Shown: positions 15,472-24,369 of the stretch, in pieces
Layout of the letters: each line of letters starts with the position of its first letter
Position numbering within the stretch: position 1 is the stretch's first letter
From: a virus
DNA: 64,000 nucleotides
Strand: one strand, 5' to 3'
Virus record (IMG/VR): IMGVR_UViG_3300030060_004277
Span: 27,600-91,599 of that record
Made by a program: the position numbers and the translations under genes
Notes under the pieces: generated by a model
What the model saw: the letters and a program-made list of their open reading frames with translations, nothing else
Databases searched by the model: none
What the model was told of the DNA's origin: nothing

Positions 15472-17526
15472 CTACGGACTCAGGATTGTATCCCTGCCAA
15501 TCACCTTGATTGACTTCGGTAGAATCTTGAGTTTGCTTCGTATGGGTCCTTTGTCCTCCGGTATGGGTAGTGGTGCTTCGGTAATGAAGTAGTCATCGAT
15601 GAGTATCTCCAGATTCTCTCTTGTGGCACCGGAACCTGACTTGTTGAATGTGAGGCGTATCATGTCATCATCCGTTTGACCAGACTCGTCTGTGTCATCG
15701 AAGTTTGCCACTGCCCTTCTCATGTTGTGATAGAAGGCCGGGTCATCGACTACGATTTCCATCTCTAGGTCATACTCGGTTTTGCCTTCTACGGCTAAGG
15801 TTGGGTTTCTAGTGCCAGCGAATGGGACTTGGTCTGTGGCTGAGTCAGCGACATTAGCACCGCTTATGGTGTAGAACTGCTCTACCCCAGTGCTGCCATT
15901 CAGAGTGAAGGAGACTACTTGACCTAGGTTCTGCCCGAGCACTCTCATAGTCCCATTGTAGAACATGAATGGTTTTTGGGTGCCTTTCTCGATACCTGAG
16001 ACCTTTCTACTGAGTTCGGTGTTACCTGTGTCCTCAAAGAGCCTGTGTGTGTCATATCTGTCTCCTTTGTTGGAACTCTCCAACCTGCCGGTGTCAGTGT
16101 AGCAGAGCGCTGAATCGAAGTTGACTGTCATCCTAAGAGCAGCGTCCGTATCTGCTGTCATACTGAAGTCCTTGACCTTGCATCCACGGAAGACACGGGT
16201 GAGTTGCTTAGAATCACCAGTTCCTCCGTCAGTGGTACCGGCGTTGCTGTCCAAGTCTCTTCTTCTGACGCTGACCTCCATGGCGAAGGACGGTACCGTG
16301 GTTCTGGAGAAGTAGAGATGCTCGATGCCGTTGGTGAGTCCACCATCAGTGCCTCTGTCTGGGCTACCGTTGCTTGAGTCAGTAGCGTATCTTGCGAAGG
16401 TGACAACTGTCCCACTAACCGGATGACCGTAGTCAAGGGGCTGGTCAAGCCATATCTTGCAGTCACCGCTGCTTGCGGAGAATGAGACTATCCTCCTTAT
16501 CTGCTGCTTGATTGCCTTGTCGAATATCTGCGTGGCGTTGACTGCTGGCCATGCATCAGCGACAAGACCACCACCCACCGCTGTTTCCCTGTACGTCTGA
16601 ACGTCTACCATCTCCGCTGCTGTATCTAATATGACATAGTCACCCACACCGACATTCACACTACCAAAGTTAGGATTATCCGTGCCACCGTCATCGGTGA
16701 TTTCTATATACGAGTCACCGGGACTGGCTGGTTTGCCACTGGCGAGTATGTATGTGCCTGTAGCAGCGTTCTCAGTTGCTGAGTTCAATGGCTTGGATAC
16801 GTGTTGTCCGAGACAATACTTGAACCAGCGACTGTTGTGTATGTTGCACTCGAAGGAGCCACCTTGGTTGGTGAACCTGCCCGGTACTTGCACTGCTACA
16901 TCACGACCGAGACCCACAACGTGATACCTCTTGAGGTCGACCTTGGTCTCTGGTAGAGCGACAGTGCTGACGAGACCGACGAATTGGTCTGTGAGAACAC
17001 GCTCTGCTGATGCATTTGCAGCGTCATTGTGAGTCATGCCGACATCGATGGTAGGAGTGGCGAATGGTAGGATTGTGATTGCATCACCGGATGCGGATGT
17101 CACATCAGCAGCGATGTTGCCTGATTTGAGAGCAGGTGTGACCGTAATCTCAGTCTTGCCATCGTTGTCGTTGTCGGTATCGTTCGCTACCTCCTGCTTC
17201 ACTATGGTGTAGATACGACCTGTCGAGTTGTAGTCATCAGCAGAGAAGTTCCCAGATGCGTTGAATACCAGTCTGCTACCAACGAGCATGCCGTTCGGGT
17301 ATCGTAGAATGCCCGCATTGACAGGAGTGTTCGAAGCCCCACCGGTGAATGTGATGACGCTCGTATCCTTGACCAAGTCATGGTGCGGCGCATTGGCTGC
17401 GTTGCCACCAGTATCGAAACTGCAAATGATTCTGAATGTCCCTGCATAGTCATGCTCTAGGAACAGACTAGTCTCATGGCCGAATGTAATCTCGCTTAGG
17501 TCACCCTTGTATACTGTCGACGGCAT
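15472..17526 (-). CDS. Major tail (tube) protein with large insertions
   Basis: ~684 aa; tube-like motifs PSFAMEVS, GCKVKDFSMTAD, PFMFYNGT; position before chaperones; ATG 17526 follows GAGGTGA RBS. Confidence 0.7.
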   Translation of the reverse strand: MPSTVYKGDLSEITFGHETSLFLEHDYAGTFRIICSFDTGGNAANAPHHDLVKDTSVITFTGGASNTPVNAGILRYPNGMLVGSRLVFNASGNFSADDYNSTGRIYTIVKQEVANDTDNDNDGKTEITVTPALKSGNIAADVTSASGDAITILPFATPTIDVGMTHNDAANASAERVLTDQFVGLVSTVALPETKVDLKRYHVVGLGRDVAVQVPGRFTNQGGSFECNIHNSRWFKYCLGQHVSKPLNSATENAATGTYILASGKPASPGDSYIEITDDGGTDNPNFGSVNVGVGDYVILDTAAEMVDVQTYRETAVGGGLVADAWPAVNATQIFDKAIKQQIRRIVSFSASSGDCKIWLDQPLDYGHPVSGTVVTFARYATDSSNGSPDRGTDGGLTNGIEHLYFSRTTVPSFAMEVSVRRRDLDSNAGTTDGGTGDSKQLTRVFRGCKVKDFSMTADTDAALRMTVNFDSALCYTDTGRLESSNKGDRYDTHRLFEDTGNTELSRKVSGIEKGTQKPFMFYNGTMRVLGQNLGQVVSFTLNGSTGVEQFYTISGANVADSATDQVPFAGTRNPTLAVEGKTEYDLEMEIVVDDPAFYHNMRRAVANFDDTDESGQTDDDMIRLTFNKSGSGATRENLEILIDDYFITEAPLPIPEDKGPIRSKLKILPKSIKVIGRDTILSP

Positions 17527-17536
17527 CTTCTTCACC

Positions 17537-17986
17537 TCATGGGATTAACTCTGCGAAGATAACAACTTCTATCTGATAGGTCATTCTGAACAGTTTTTTG
17601 CTCCTATCTGACAAATCCGTCCTCGTCTTGTAGACCAATCTGTCCATGTTCGTGCCATCTCCTTTTCTGAATAAGTGAATGAGTCTTCGCACCTCGTTCT
17701 CCATGAGTTTGAAGTGGCCCCTGCTCCTCATGGTACGCATGTCGACCGTGATGTTGATTCTGGTTGTGACGAAGTCGTAGAGCAATTCTGGTGTCTCCTC
17801 ATTGTGTGCCGTCTCGAAAACTAGGACGTAGTCGGTCCTGTCTAGGTCAAGCCTCTTGCCTCTCTCAGGACCAGTCTCAGCGATATCGATTATGACAGGC
17901 TTGAAGTTGGCAGTGTTGCCCCTGTTCCAGTTGTCACTGAGGGTATCGACCACTAAGTCGATGCCTTCTTTGAATGTGGCTACCAT
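17537..17986 (-). CDS. Putative tail terminator/completion protein
   Basis: 149 aa just upstream of tube; ...RINITVDMRT...RMTYQIEV pattern; position. Confidence 0.55.
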   Translation of the reverse strand: MVATFKEGIDLVVDTLSDNWNRGNTANFKPVIIDIAETGPERGKRLDLDRTDYVLVFETAHNEETPELLYDFVTTRINITVDMRTMRSRGHFKLMENEVRRLIHLFRKGDGTNMDRLVYKTRTDLSDRSKKLFRMTYQIEVVIFAELIP

Positions 17987-18354
17987 TCCTTGACCTCCAT
18001 TTCTCTCTCATATAGCGCAAAGTCGGGTGCTAGTTTTCCTCCCCTCTGCACCACCTTGTGCTCTCGGAGGGCAGGAGACTCATTTAACATACGGGTATTC
18101 ACGTTGTTGTTTAACGACAAGACTTCATCCATGGATGCGGGTGTGCCGTTCAATCTCTCATAACCATCAGGAGTCTTCCTGAGACCCGCTACACCTGCTT
18201 CCTGCCTCTCTATAATCTCCCTGAACTCAGAGGGAGTCTGGGTTATGACCATCTTGAGTTGTTCCTGCACTTCACCCTTTTCGAACTCCTTGCTGATGGC
18301 TTCCATGTAATCAACATAAGTCGGGTCATTGCGGTCATACGCCTTATTACTCAA
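17980..18354 (-). CDS. Hypothetical neck-region protein
   Basis: 124-aa ORF overlapping both neighbours. Confidence 0.6.
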   Translation of the reverse strand: MSNKAYDRNDPTYVDYMEAISKEFEKGEVQEQLKMVITQTPSEFREIIERQEAGVAGLRKTPDGYERLNGTPASMDEVLSLNNNVNTRMLNESPALREHKVVQRGGKLAPDFALYEREMEVKEW

Positions 18355-20029
18355 AGGTAATCACCTCTATGTACCGAGGAAGGGTCCTGTCGATGTCTTG
18401 TCTGTATAGTTGAATCTTAGACGCTAGGTCCACGTTCTGTGTTCCCTCTGGTATGAGGACACTCCTGTCGTCACTCATGAGCAACTCGATGGCAACCATC
18501 TTGGTACATACGTCCTCGATGGCCTGCTCGACGTATCTCTCGCCGTAGATGTACGCGACCTTGATTGCGTTCCACTCGAAGAACGGGTATGAGTTGTTGA
18601 AGTAGACTATTCCCATCTCAGCGTCGAGCCAGAAGTCCCTGAGCCTTCCCTTGTCGCCGCTGGCGCTGCCCCCTTGCAGGTCTATGGCGAATCTATGCTG
18701 AGTGACTGTGGCACTCGCGCTGCTCATTGTAGTAGCGTTGCCACCGTTATAACTCCCAACTTGCTTACAACTGATGAATACAGTATCAGTCCTGCTCTCG
18801 TAGAAAACTACGTCTGCGGCATCAGAGCCGACGAGAAGACCGGATGGCGCGAAGCCCTCTGTGGAATCGACCACTATATCCATCGTACCAGCGGTTATAT
18901 CACCAGTAGACGAGGCTGTGGTCGCTGTGCTGGTGTGAGTTTGGGAGATTTCTATGTTAGTGCTCGGGCTGCCAATCACAGCGATTGAAGAGTCCTCACC
19001 GCCGACGGAGTCCCTCATGCTGGATATCTTCACTATCCCCGAGCCGTAGTCGGCATTGGCACTTGCGAGGAACTCGTTGTGGACCGCCACGTTCGACGTC
19101 GAACCCGGCATGGTGAGTGCTGTTCCACCTAAATCTGCGAACTCGATTGCAGTTGCTGATACCCTGTCCTCCTTGTTGATGAGGTCAGCGAGGCTCTGTG
19201 CATTGCTCATGTTGTCCAAGTCTATTCTGAACTTGGCATTGTCATGAGCAACTGCTCCTCCATCGGGTATTTGCACTGCTTCCAGTGTAGCAAAAACCCC
19301 TGAGCCGTTGGCTAGGAATACCTTATTGGTATTCTGCATGAAACTCCCAACAACGGATGAGTCAACTGAGGTTTTCTTAGCGAATCTGAGGCGAGCCTCA
19401 GCAGCGCCTATCTCCCTGTAGTCGTCGCCCTGCCACAGTTCGACCCTCAGCAGTTGCTGCACGTTGCGGAATAGGAGTGGGGCTGTGCCTACGTAATCCG
19501 TGTAATATCGTCGCCTGTATGGTTTGTAGGTATCGAAGTTGATGTACTCGGCAGAGACCAGATTGGGTCTCCATGAGTTGTGAGTGATGTTGTCTATCTT
19601 GTCCTGCATCCTAGTGATGATTGTATTGACCTTGTCTTTGGTAAGCCCTCGTGACCTACCATTGGTGAACGATGCCTTGTTCTGAACGTATCCATTGTCC
19701 GTGGTCTCGTATAGACCGGGGTTGATAGCGGATGAGAATGCGAGTTTGACACCGTCTGCACTTGTGGTGATTGCAGTGATATCACGGTCAACACCCAAGG
19801 GGTCTGCGTCTGAGTACAGTAGTAGAGTGTCTCCTACTGAGAATCCGATGTTCCTGTAGTCCGCTCCTGTCACGAATACGGCGTTAGCCTCTGCGTTAGC
19901 GGACATCAAGACTGCTTCTTGTGGTCCTAAGTCCAATAGGTCTGCAACTTTCTGCGCTGTGGTATACACTATAGCAGTGGGGTCTAAGGGTCTCGTCTCA
20001 GGTTCACCCGGACTGAATACTTGTGGCAT
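18347..20029 (-). CDS. Putative head-tail connector/adaptor with insertions
   Basis: 560 aa; YTTAQKVADLL, IITRMQDKIDNIT, IKVAYIYG...IEDVCTKMVAIELL resemble adaptor-family segments split by inserts. Confidence 0.6.
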   Translation of the reverse strand: MPQVFSPGEPETRPLDPTAIVYTTAQKVADLLDLGPQEAVLMSANAEANAVFVTGADYRNIGFSVGDTLLLYSDADPLGVDRDITAITTSADGVKLAFSSAINPGLYETTDNGYVQNKASFTNGRSRGLTKDKVNTIITRMQDKIDNITHNSWRPNLVSAEYINFDTYKPYRRRYYTDYVGTAPLLFRNVQQLLRVELWQGDDYREIGAAEARLRFAKKTSVDSSVVGSFMQNTNKVFLANGSGVFATLEAVQIPDGGAVAHDNAKFRIDLDNMSNAQSLADLINKEDRVSATAIEFADLGGTALTMPGSTSNVAVHNEFLASANADYGSGIVKISSMRDSVGGEDSSIAVIGSPSTNIEISQTHTSTATTASSTGDITAGTMDIVVDSTEGFAPSGLLVGSDAADVVFYESRTDTVFISCKQVGSYNGGNATTMSSASATVTQHRFAIDLQGGSASGDKGRLRDFWLDAEMGIVYFNNSYPFFEWNAIKVAYIYGERYVEQAIEDVCTKMVAIELLMSDDRSVLIPEGTQNVDLASKIQLYRQDIDRTLPRYIEVITFE

Positions 20030-20328
20030 TAGAGCCTTGCCTCCTCATTCCTGTTTCCTAGATTGTACTCCATAGGTCTATCACAAGAACCACATGTCTC
20101 TCTCCACATGAAATGAAGAAAGCCGCAGTGCTTGCATCTGGTGCCAGAGCCTATGTTCAATATGTCTGCGACGTCCTTGACTCTCTTGTGCTGCTTGCGC
20201 ACAGTGCCTTTCAATGGATTGGGGTTGTCCCCAACCACACCGTCGTCGTATTTTATGTCTGAACGTACGTTTTTCTTCTGTGCTCGGGAGATGTCTTCGA
20301 TATCAAGTTCTCTCAATTCGAAACCCAT
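20029..20328 (-). CDS. Small Zn-ribbon protein
   Basis: CKHC...CGSC. Confidence 0.65.
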   Translation of the reverse strand: MGFELRELDIEDISRAQKKNVRSDIKYDDGVVGDNPNPLKGTVRKQHKRVKDVADILNIGSGTRCKHCGFLHFMWRETCGSCDRPMEYNLGNRNEEARL

Positions 20329-20343
20329 TCATACCCCTCACCA

Positions 20344-20538
20344 TCAAACGTATGTCACCAATATGTAGATGTTGCCTAAGACCGTAAAAGGGTCCGATGC
20401 TATCAGGCTGGTGGTGCTTGACGCATCACCCAACGTGCCCACAGCAGTCGCTATGGTTGTTGACAGCGTGGACGTGTCAGTGAACTCCTTCGGTGAGAAG
20501 GGTCCAACGACTTTGTACTTCGGTGTTAGGTCAGCCAT
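20344..20538 (-). CDS. Small virion-associated hypothetical protein
   Basis: 64 aa with GGTGA RBS in capsid-neck cluster. Confidence 0.6.
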   Translation of the reverse strand: MADLTPKYKVVGPFSPKEFTDTSTLSTTIATAVGTLGDASSTTSLIASDPFTVLGNIYILVTYV

Positions 20539-20551
20539 CTAGGTCACCGCC

Positions 20552-20833
20552 TTAACTGCGGTGTCCCATAGCGAACCATGTGCCGTCTTGCCCGTTTACG
20601 TTCTGGATGACTAGGGAGGTGCCGTTGATGAGTGCGAACACTCCATCGACTCCTGCTCCAGTTCCAGCGGTACCGCTTCCTGCAACCGCGTTGCATGCAA
20701 CTATGTCGGCTAGTAGACCAGATAGGTCAATGCTGCCTCCTGCATCGCTTCCGCCATTGGTAAAGGTTCCAGTAACCATTAGTAGGTTACCGACTGTGTG
20801 TGGTCGTGTGTCTATTGTACTTGCAAATGCCAT
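20552..20833 (-). CDS. Small beta-rich virion protein (possible capsid decoration)
   Basis: 93 aa, Gly/Thr rich; position. Confidence 0.5.
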   Translation of the reverse strand: MAFASTIDTRPHTVGNLLMVTGTFTNGGSDAGGSIDLSGLLADIVACNAVAGSGTAGTGAGVDGVFALINGTSLVIQNVNGQDGTWFAMGHRS

Positions 20834-20838
20834 TTATC

Positions 20839-21252
20839 TCATTCCTCCTGTATTGTCTCCTCGACTGGTTCTTCGACTGCTTCCTCGACCACTGGTTCTT
20901 CAACCACTGGCTCTGCTACGGGTTCAGGAGCAGGCGGGTTAAGGACATTGTCCACGAGACCGAGTAGTCTGGTCTTCGTCTTGTATCCTCCACCCACGCT
21001 GCTTCCACTGTCCTCTAGCCACTTGATGATGTTGGCTCTAGTCCAACCCTCATCAGGGATTCCGTCTTCACCTTTGTCGTGGTGAACACCTTCGTCGCCT
21101 TCAACCAGAAAATGCTGGTCACTAATCTTCCTACGGTTAGAGTCGAGCCAATCTTGACTGACTTCCCTTACCTGCCCACGGATGAAGGCCGGGACTTTGG
21201 GGTCCGGGCTCTTCCTCTCGTAGAAAGGACCTTTGTAGGTTATAGTAGGCAC
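20839..21252 (-). CDS. Protein with HeH/LEM-like motif and acidic PVVEE tail
   Basis: WTRANIIKWLEDSG...KTKTRLLGLV; tail EPVAEPVVEEPVVEEAVEE. Confidence 0.55.
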   Translation of the reverse strand: MPTITYKGPFYERKSPDPKVPAFIRGQVREVSQDWLDSNRRKISDQHFLVEGDEGVHHDKGEDGIPDEGWTRANIIKWLEDSGSSVGGGYKTKTRLLGLVDNVLNPPAPEPVAEPVVEEPVVEEAVEEPVEETIQEE

Positions 21253-21263
21253 GAAGAGTCACC

Positions 21264-21692
21264 TCAGACTACCACTAGCAGTAGTTCTGCTCCAGTCGTG
21301 TCGTTAGTGGTACCATCAGTCGTCGCTTCTATGTCGAAGGTTAGCACGAGGTCGCTGGTTTTTGCCACTGCAAAGTTAGCAGTTGCGTCTGCGTGCTGTC
21401 CTACTACTGTTAGGATTTTGCTGCACTCGCCGCTTAGGGTTAGTGTCTCACCCTCGGCTAGAGCGCTGTTCATCGTAACAGCGAGAAGTCTTGGACTCCT
21501 TCTGTTCACTACCTGTGTGTTTGATGCTGCGAATCCACCAAGGTTACCGGGGTAACCGTCGGTTGATTGTCCGTCGAGCCATAGTGTCTCGCTTTCATCG
21601 CTACCAGCCCATAGACCAAGGTCTAGGTTGACCGTGGTGGTTGCGCTGCCGCTTGTCGTGTATGTTATTCCTCTGTGTGTTGTTGCTGCCAT
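21264..21692 (-). CDS. Putative capsid decoration/minor head protein
   Basis: 142 aa, Thr-rich, immediately after MCP. Confidence 0.5.
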   Translation of the reverse strand: MAATTHRGITYTTSGSATTTVNLDLGLWAGSDESETLWLDGQSTDGYPGNLGGFAASNTQVVNRRSPRLLAVTMNSALAEGETLTLSGECSKILTVVGQHADATANFAVAKTSDLVLTFDIEATTDGTTNDTTGAELLLVVV

Positions 21693-21729
21693 ATCTTTTT
21701 CACCTTACCTTTTTATCTCCTCTGCAACC

Positions 21730-22866
21730 TCACTTTAGGTCACGAATACTCCCTTGTGCTCCGAAGAAGGTGGTCCATATTTCTCCCATCGTTCTGTAGA
21801 GTCCTTCCTGACCTAGCCTGTTGATGGCGAACGGGTCGCCAGTCTCGATTCCCGACTCGAAATACTGGGTCGGTATCGCAGTGCTGAAGTAGAGGTAGTC
21901 TGTGTCTAGGTAGTAAATCTTGGATAGGTTTCCATCGTCATCCATGTCCTTGGTTGGGATGATTGGCACACCGTTGTAGGTCGCTACGATGAATCCGGCT
22001 TCCATACCGGGTACACCCTTCACGCCGTTGTAGGTTGGTGTGACTCTCTTCTCTTCCATGAACCTCTGCTGGGACTGTAGCAGTTGCTGTAGTCTCATCA
22101 GAGTGTCGTATCCAGTTAGCATGACCTTGGGGTTTCCACCGCGCTCCCAGATTTGCTGGAACAAAGTGTCCAGTTGGTCTAGGGACAGTGTCCTGTCGTT
22201 TCCGCTTGAGTCACAGTTGACTTCTGCATCAGACCAAGTGTTAGCGCTTCTGTCGATGCTGTATATGTCCAAGTCTGCTGCTGTGTTCACGTGGACTGAT
22301 GTGTTCATTGCTGCATCGCTTGCAGTAACTCGGTCCAATGACTCGAAGTTGTTTCCTGCTACTGTGTCAGCGTCAGTCAAGAGCATCTTGTTGACCATCT
22401 CTGCGTGGTGCTTACCCATCTCTTCCTTTAGGACTGCTCGGATGTCTCCCAATCCGTCGTCCCTGTCTGCTAGGAAGATAGCCGTCTCAGACATATCGAA
22501 CGTGTGTGCGATTGTCTTTGGCTTTGCAGCGATGTGCTGGAAGGTAGGCTTCACAGTGTCTGGTAGGATTGCATTCTCTGCAACACCACCGTGGACAACC
22601 CCTGCATTTGGCTTGTCAGTGATAACTCTCCAACCGCTCCTGTCCCAAGGTCTCTTGGGTAGGATGCTGAATGCGTTGAACTCTTGGTTCAATTGTGACC
22701 AGACCTTTCGTCCGTAGATTGCTTGGTAGGTACCAGCAGTCGTGGACAGCATAGGACTGTCAGCCTTCAATAGTTCGCTACCAGTGTATGAGTAGCCCAT
22801 TGCGTTCCCGGCGCCATAGTAATAGCGCTCCATGTCAGTTATTGTGCGTACGTAATCTCTTGCCAT
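21730..22866 (-). CDS. Major capsid protein (HK97 fold)
   Basis: 378 aa after prohead protease; GGVAENA, KTIAHTFDMS, YNGVPII, IYYLDTDYL pattern; GAGGTGA RBS. Confidence 0.9.
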   Translation of the reverse strand: MARDYVRTITDMERYYYGAGNAMGYSYTGSELLKADSPMLSTTAGTYQAIYGRKVWSQLNQEFNAFSILPKRPWDRSGWRVITDKPNAGVVHGGVAENAILPDTVKPTFQHIAAKPKTIAHTFDMSETAIFLADRDDGLGDIRAVLKEEMGKHHAEMVNKMLLTDADTVAGNNFESLDRVTASDAAMNTSVHVNTAADLDIYSIDRSANTWSDAEVNCDSSGNDRTLSLDQLDTLFQQIWERGGNPKVMLTGYDTLMRLQQLLQSQQRFMEEKRVTPTYNGVKGVPGMEAGFIVATYNGVPIIPTKDMDDDGNLSKIYYLDTDYLYFSTAIPTQYFESGIETGDPFAINRLGQEGLYRTMGEIWTTFFGAQGSIRDLK

Positions 22867-22877
22867 ATTTTTTCACC

Positions 22878-24311
22878 TCACTCTGGATTGAAGGCCCTCG
22901 TTGCCAAGTTGTGCACCTCGCTCCAAGACATTGATGCAAGGTCCTCAGTGGAGGGCACGGTTACTGATGGTGCCTCAGCCGACTTCTGGATGGCCTCGCC
23001 AATCTCTGGGGATGAAGTGACGCTCTCGATTCTCTCGGATAGCGCTTCAATCGATTTTTGTATGTCTGCTAGAGGCCCGCGAGCATCGTATGCTGCTGCC
23101 TCGGCCTTTGCAATCTCCTCTTCTCTCTCGCTTGCGTAGCGGGAAGCAAATTGCTTCTCAAGGGTAAGCCTGTAGTCCTGCTCTAGTGCAGCAGCCTTGT
23201 AGACCTCATATGCGGCCTCTACATCTGCATCGCTAACTACTGCTGGGTCTAGGTAGTCGGATTTCTTGACTTCCTTCTCGCCACCACCAGTGCCTAGTTT
23301 TCCTACAGCGCCGGTTGAGGGAGAGCCACTCTCCTGTGCTCGACCTTTCACCTGACCACCGAAGTAGTCAGCACCGTCTCCAATGGACTCTGGGGTAGAA
23401 CCCAAGTTTGCTTTCTCGAGGTCATCGAAGTGCGCTCTTGCACCATCGATGTCAACTCCGCCGCTCTTCAGGGTGTCTTCCATCCAGTTCAGGTACTCGG
23501 AGGAGATAACGTCAGAGAATTCCTCTGATTTCTTGGCATCGTCACCGTGGACTGCCTTGCCGTACATCCCTTTCTCTTTGTCGTCATCTTTCTTATCCTT
23601 GTCCATCATGGCCTTCTCCTTGTCGTCCTTGCTTTCTTTCTTATCAGCCATGTGCTCTTTCAGACCTGCTGGCATTTCGCCCTTGTCCACGGAGTCACCC
23701 TCCAAGGACTCGAGCCTGCCCTCAAGACGAGAAAGCACATCGCTCATCTGTTTCATCATGTCATCGTTTTCGTCTGTCATTTTTTCACCTGTGTCTTCCT
23801 TCAAAATACTAAATGTCGCTTCTGGGTTAATTCCTTTTTCGCAAATTGTTATCTCATGCAGTTCAAGTTTACTGATTTCTTGGTAGTCGCCCCTCTTTGG
23901 GTCCGATTTCCTCATTCTCTTGAACGCCTGACCGCCGATACTGAAACCCCTTAGTCCGCCTTTGCGTATTTCCGCTGAGACTTCCTTGGCCTTCTCGATG
24001 TCGTTACGTAATTGTACTACTACAAACATTCCGACATCATCGACTTCGCTCTTCCACAACCTCCCTTCTGCATCTGTATAATTTGGAATTACTTCTCCTA
24101 CCTGTATATTTGAGTGCGCTAGTTGGACGTTTCTGTATTTCGGGTCCTCCATGAACTTCCGAAATGCGTCCTTCAATGCCCCCCTTGTGATTATATCGCC
24201 CTGCTTGTCAACCAACTCGACACTGGCATAACCAGCGACGATGAGGTCGTTTCCACCCTTGAGGAGTGAAATAGACTCGTCTGCTCTGTAGAGTTGCTCA
24301 CTTAGGACCAC
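22878..24311 (-). CDS. Prohead protease fused to scaffold
   Basis: IVAGYASVELVDKQGD, QLAHSN, GFSIGG, LHEITICEKGINPEA (HK97-type protease); charged coiled-coil C-terminal half. Confidence 0.9.
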   Translation of the reverse strand: MVLSEQLYRADESISLLKGGNDLIVAGYASVELVDKQGDIITRGALKDAFRKFMEDPKYRNVQLAHSNIQVGEVIPNYTDAEGRLWKSEVDDVGMFVVVQLRNDIEKAKEVSAEIRKGGLRGFSIGGQAFKRMRKSDPKRGDYQEISKLELHEITICEKGINPEATFSILKEDTGEKMTDENDDMMKQMSDVLSRLEGRLESLEGDSVDKGEMPAGLKEHMADKKESKDDKEKAMMDKDKKDDDKEKGMYGKAVHGDDAKKSEEFSDVISSEYLNWMEDTLKSGGVDIDGARAHFDDLEKANLGSTPESIGDGADYFGGQVKGRAQESGSPSTGAVGKLGTGGGEKEVKKSDYLDPAVVSDADVEAAYEVYKAAALEQDYRLTLEKQFASRYASEREEEIAKAEAAAYDARGPLADIQKSIEALSERIESVTSSPEIGEAIQKSAEAPSVTVPSTEDLASMSWSEVHNLATRAFNPE

Positions 24312-24369
24312 TGGCCCCGTGTTGGTTTGTCATACTACTTATACCGCTCGCAGAACTAACTGCAAGGTT

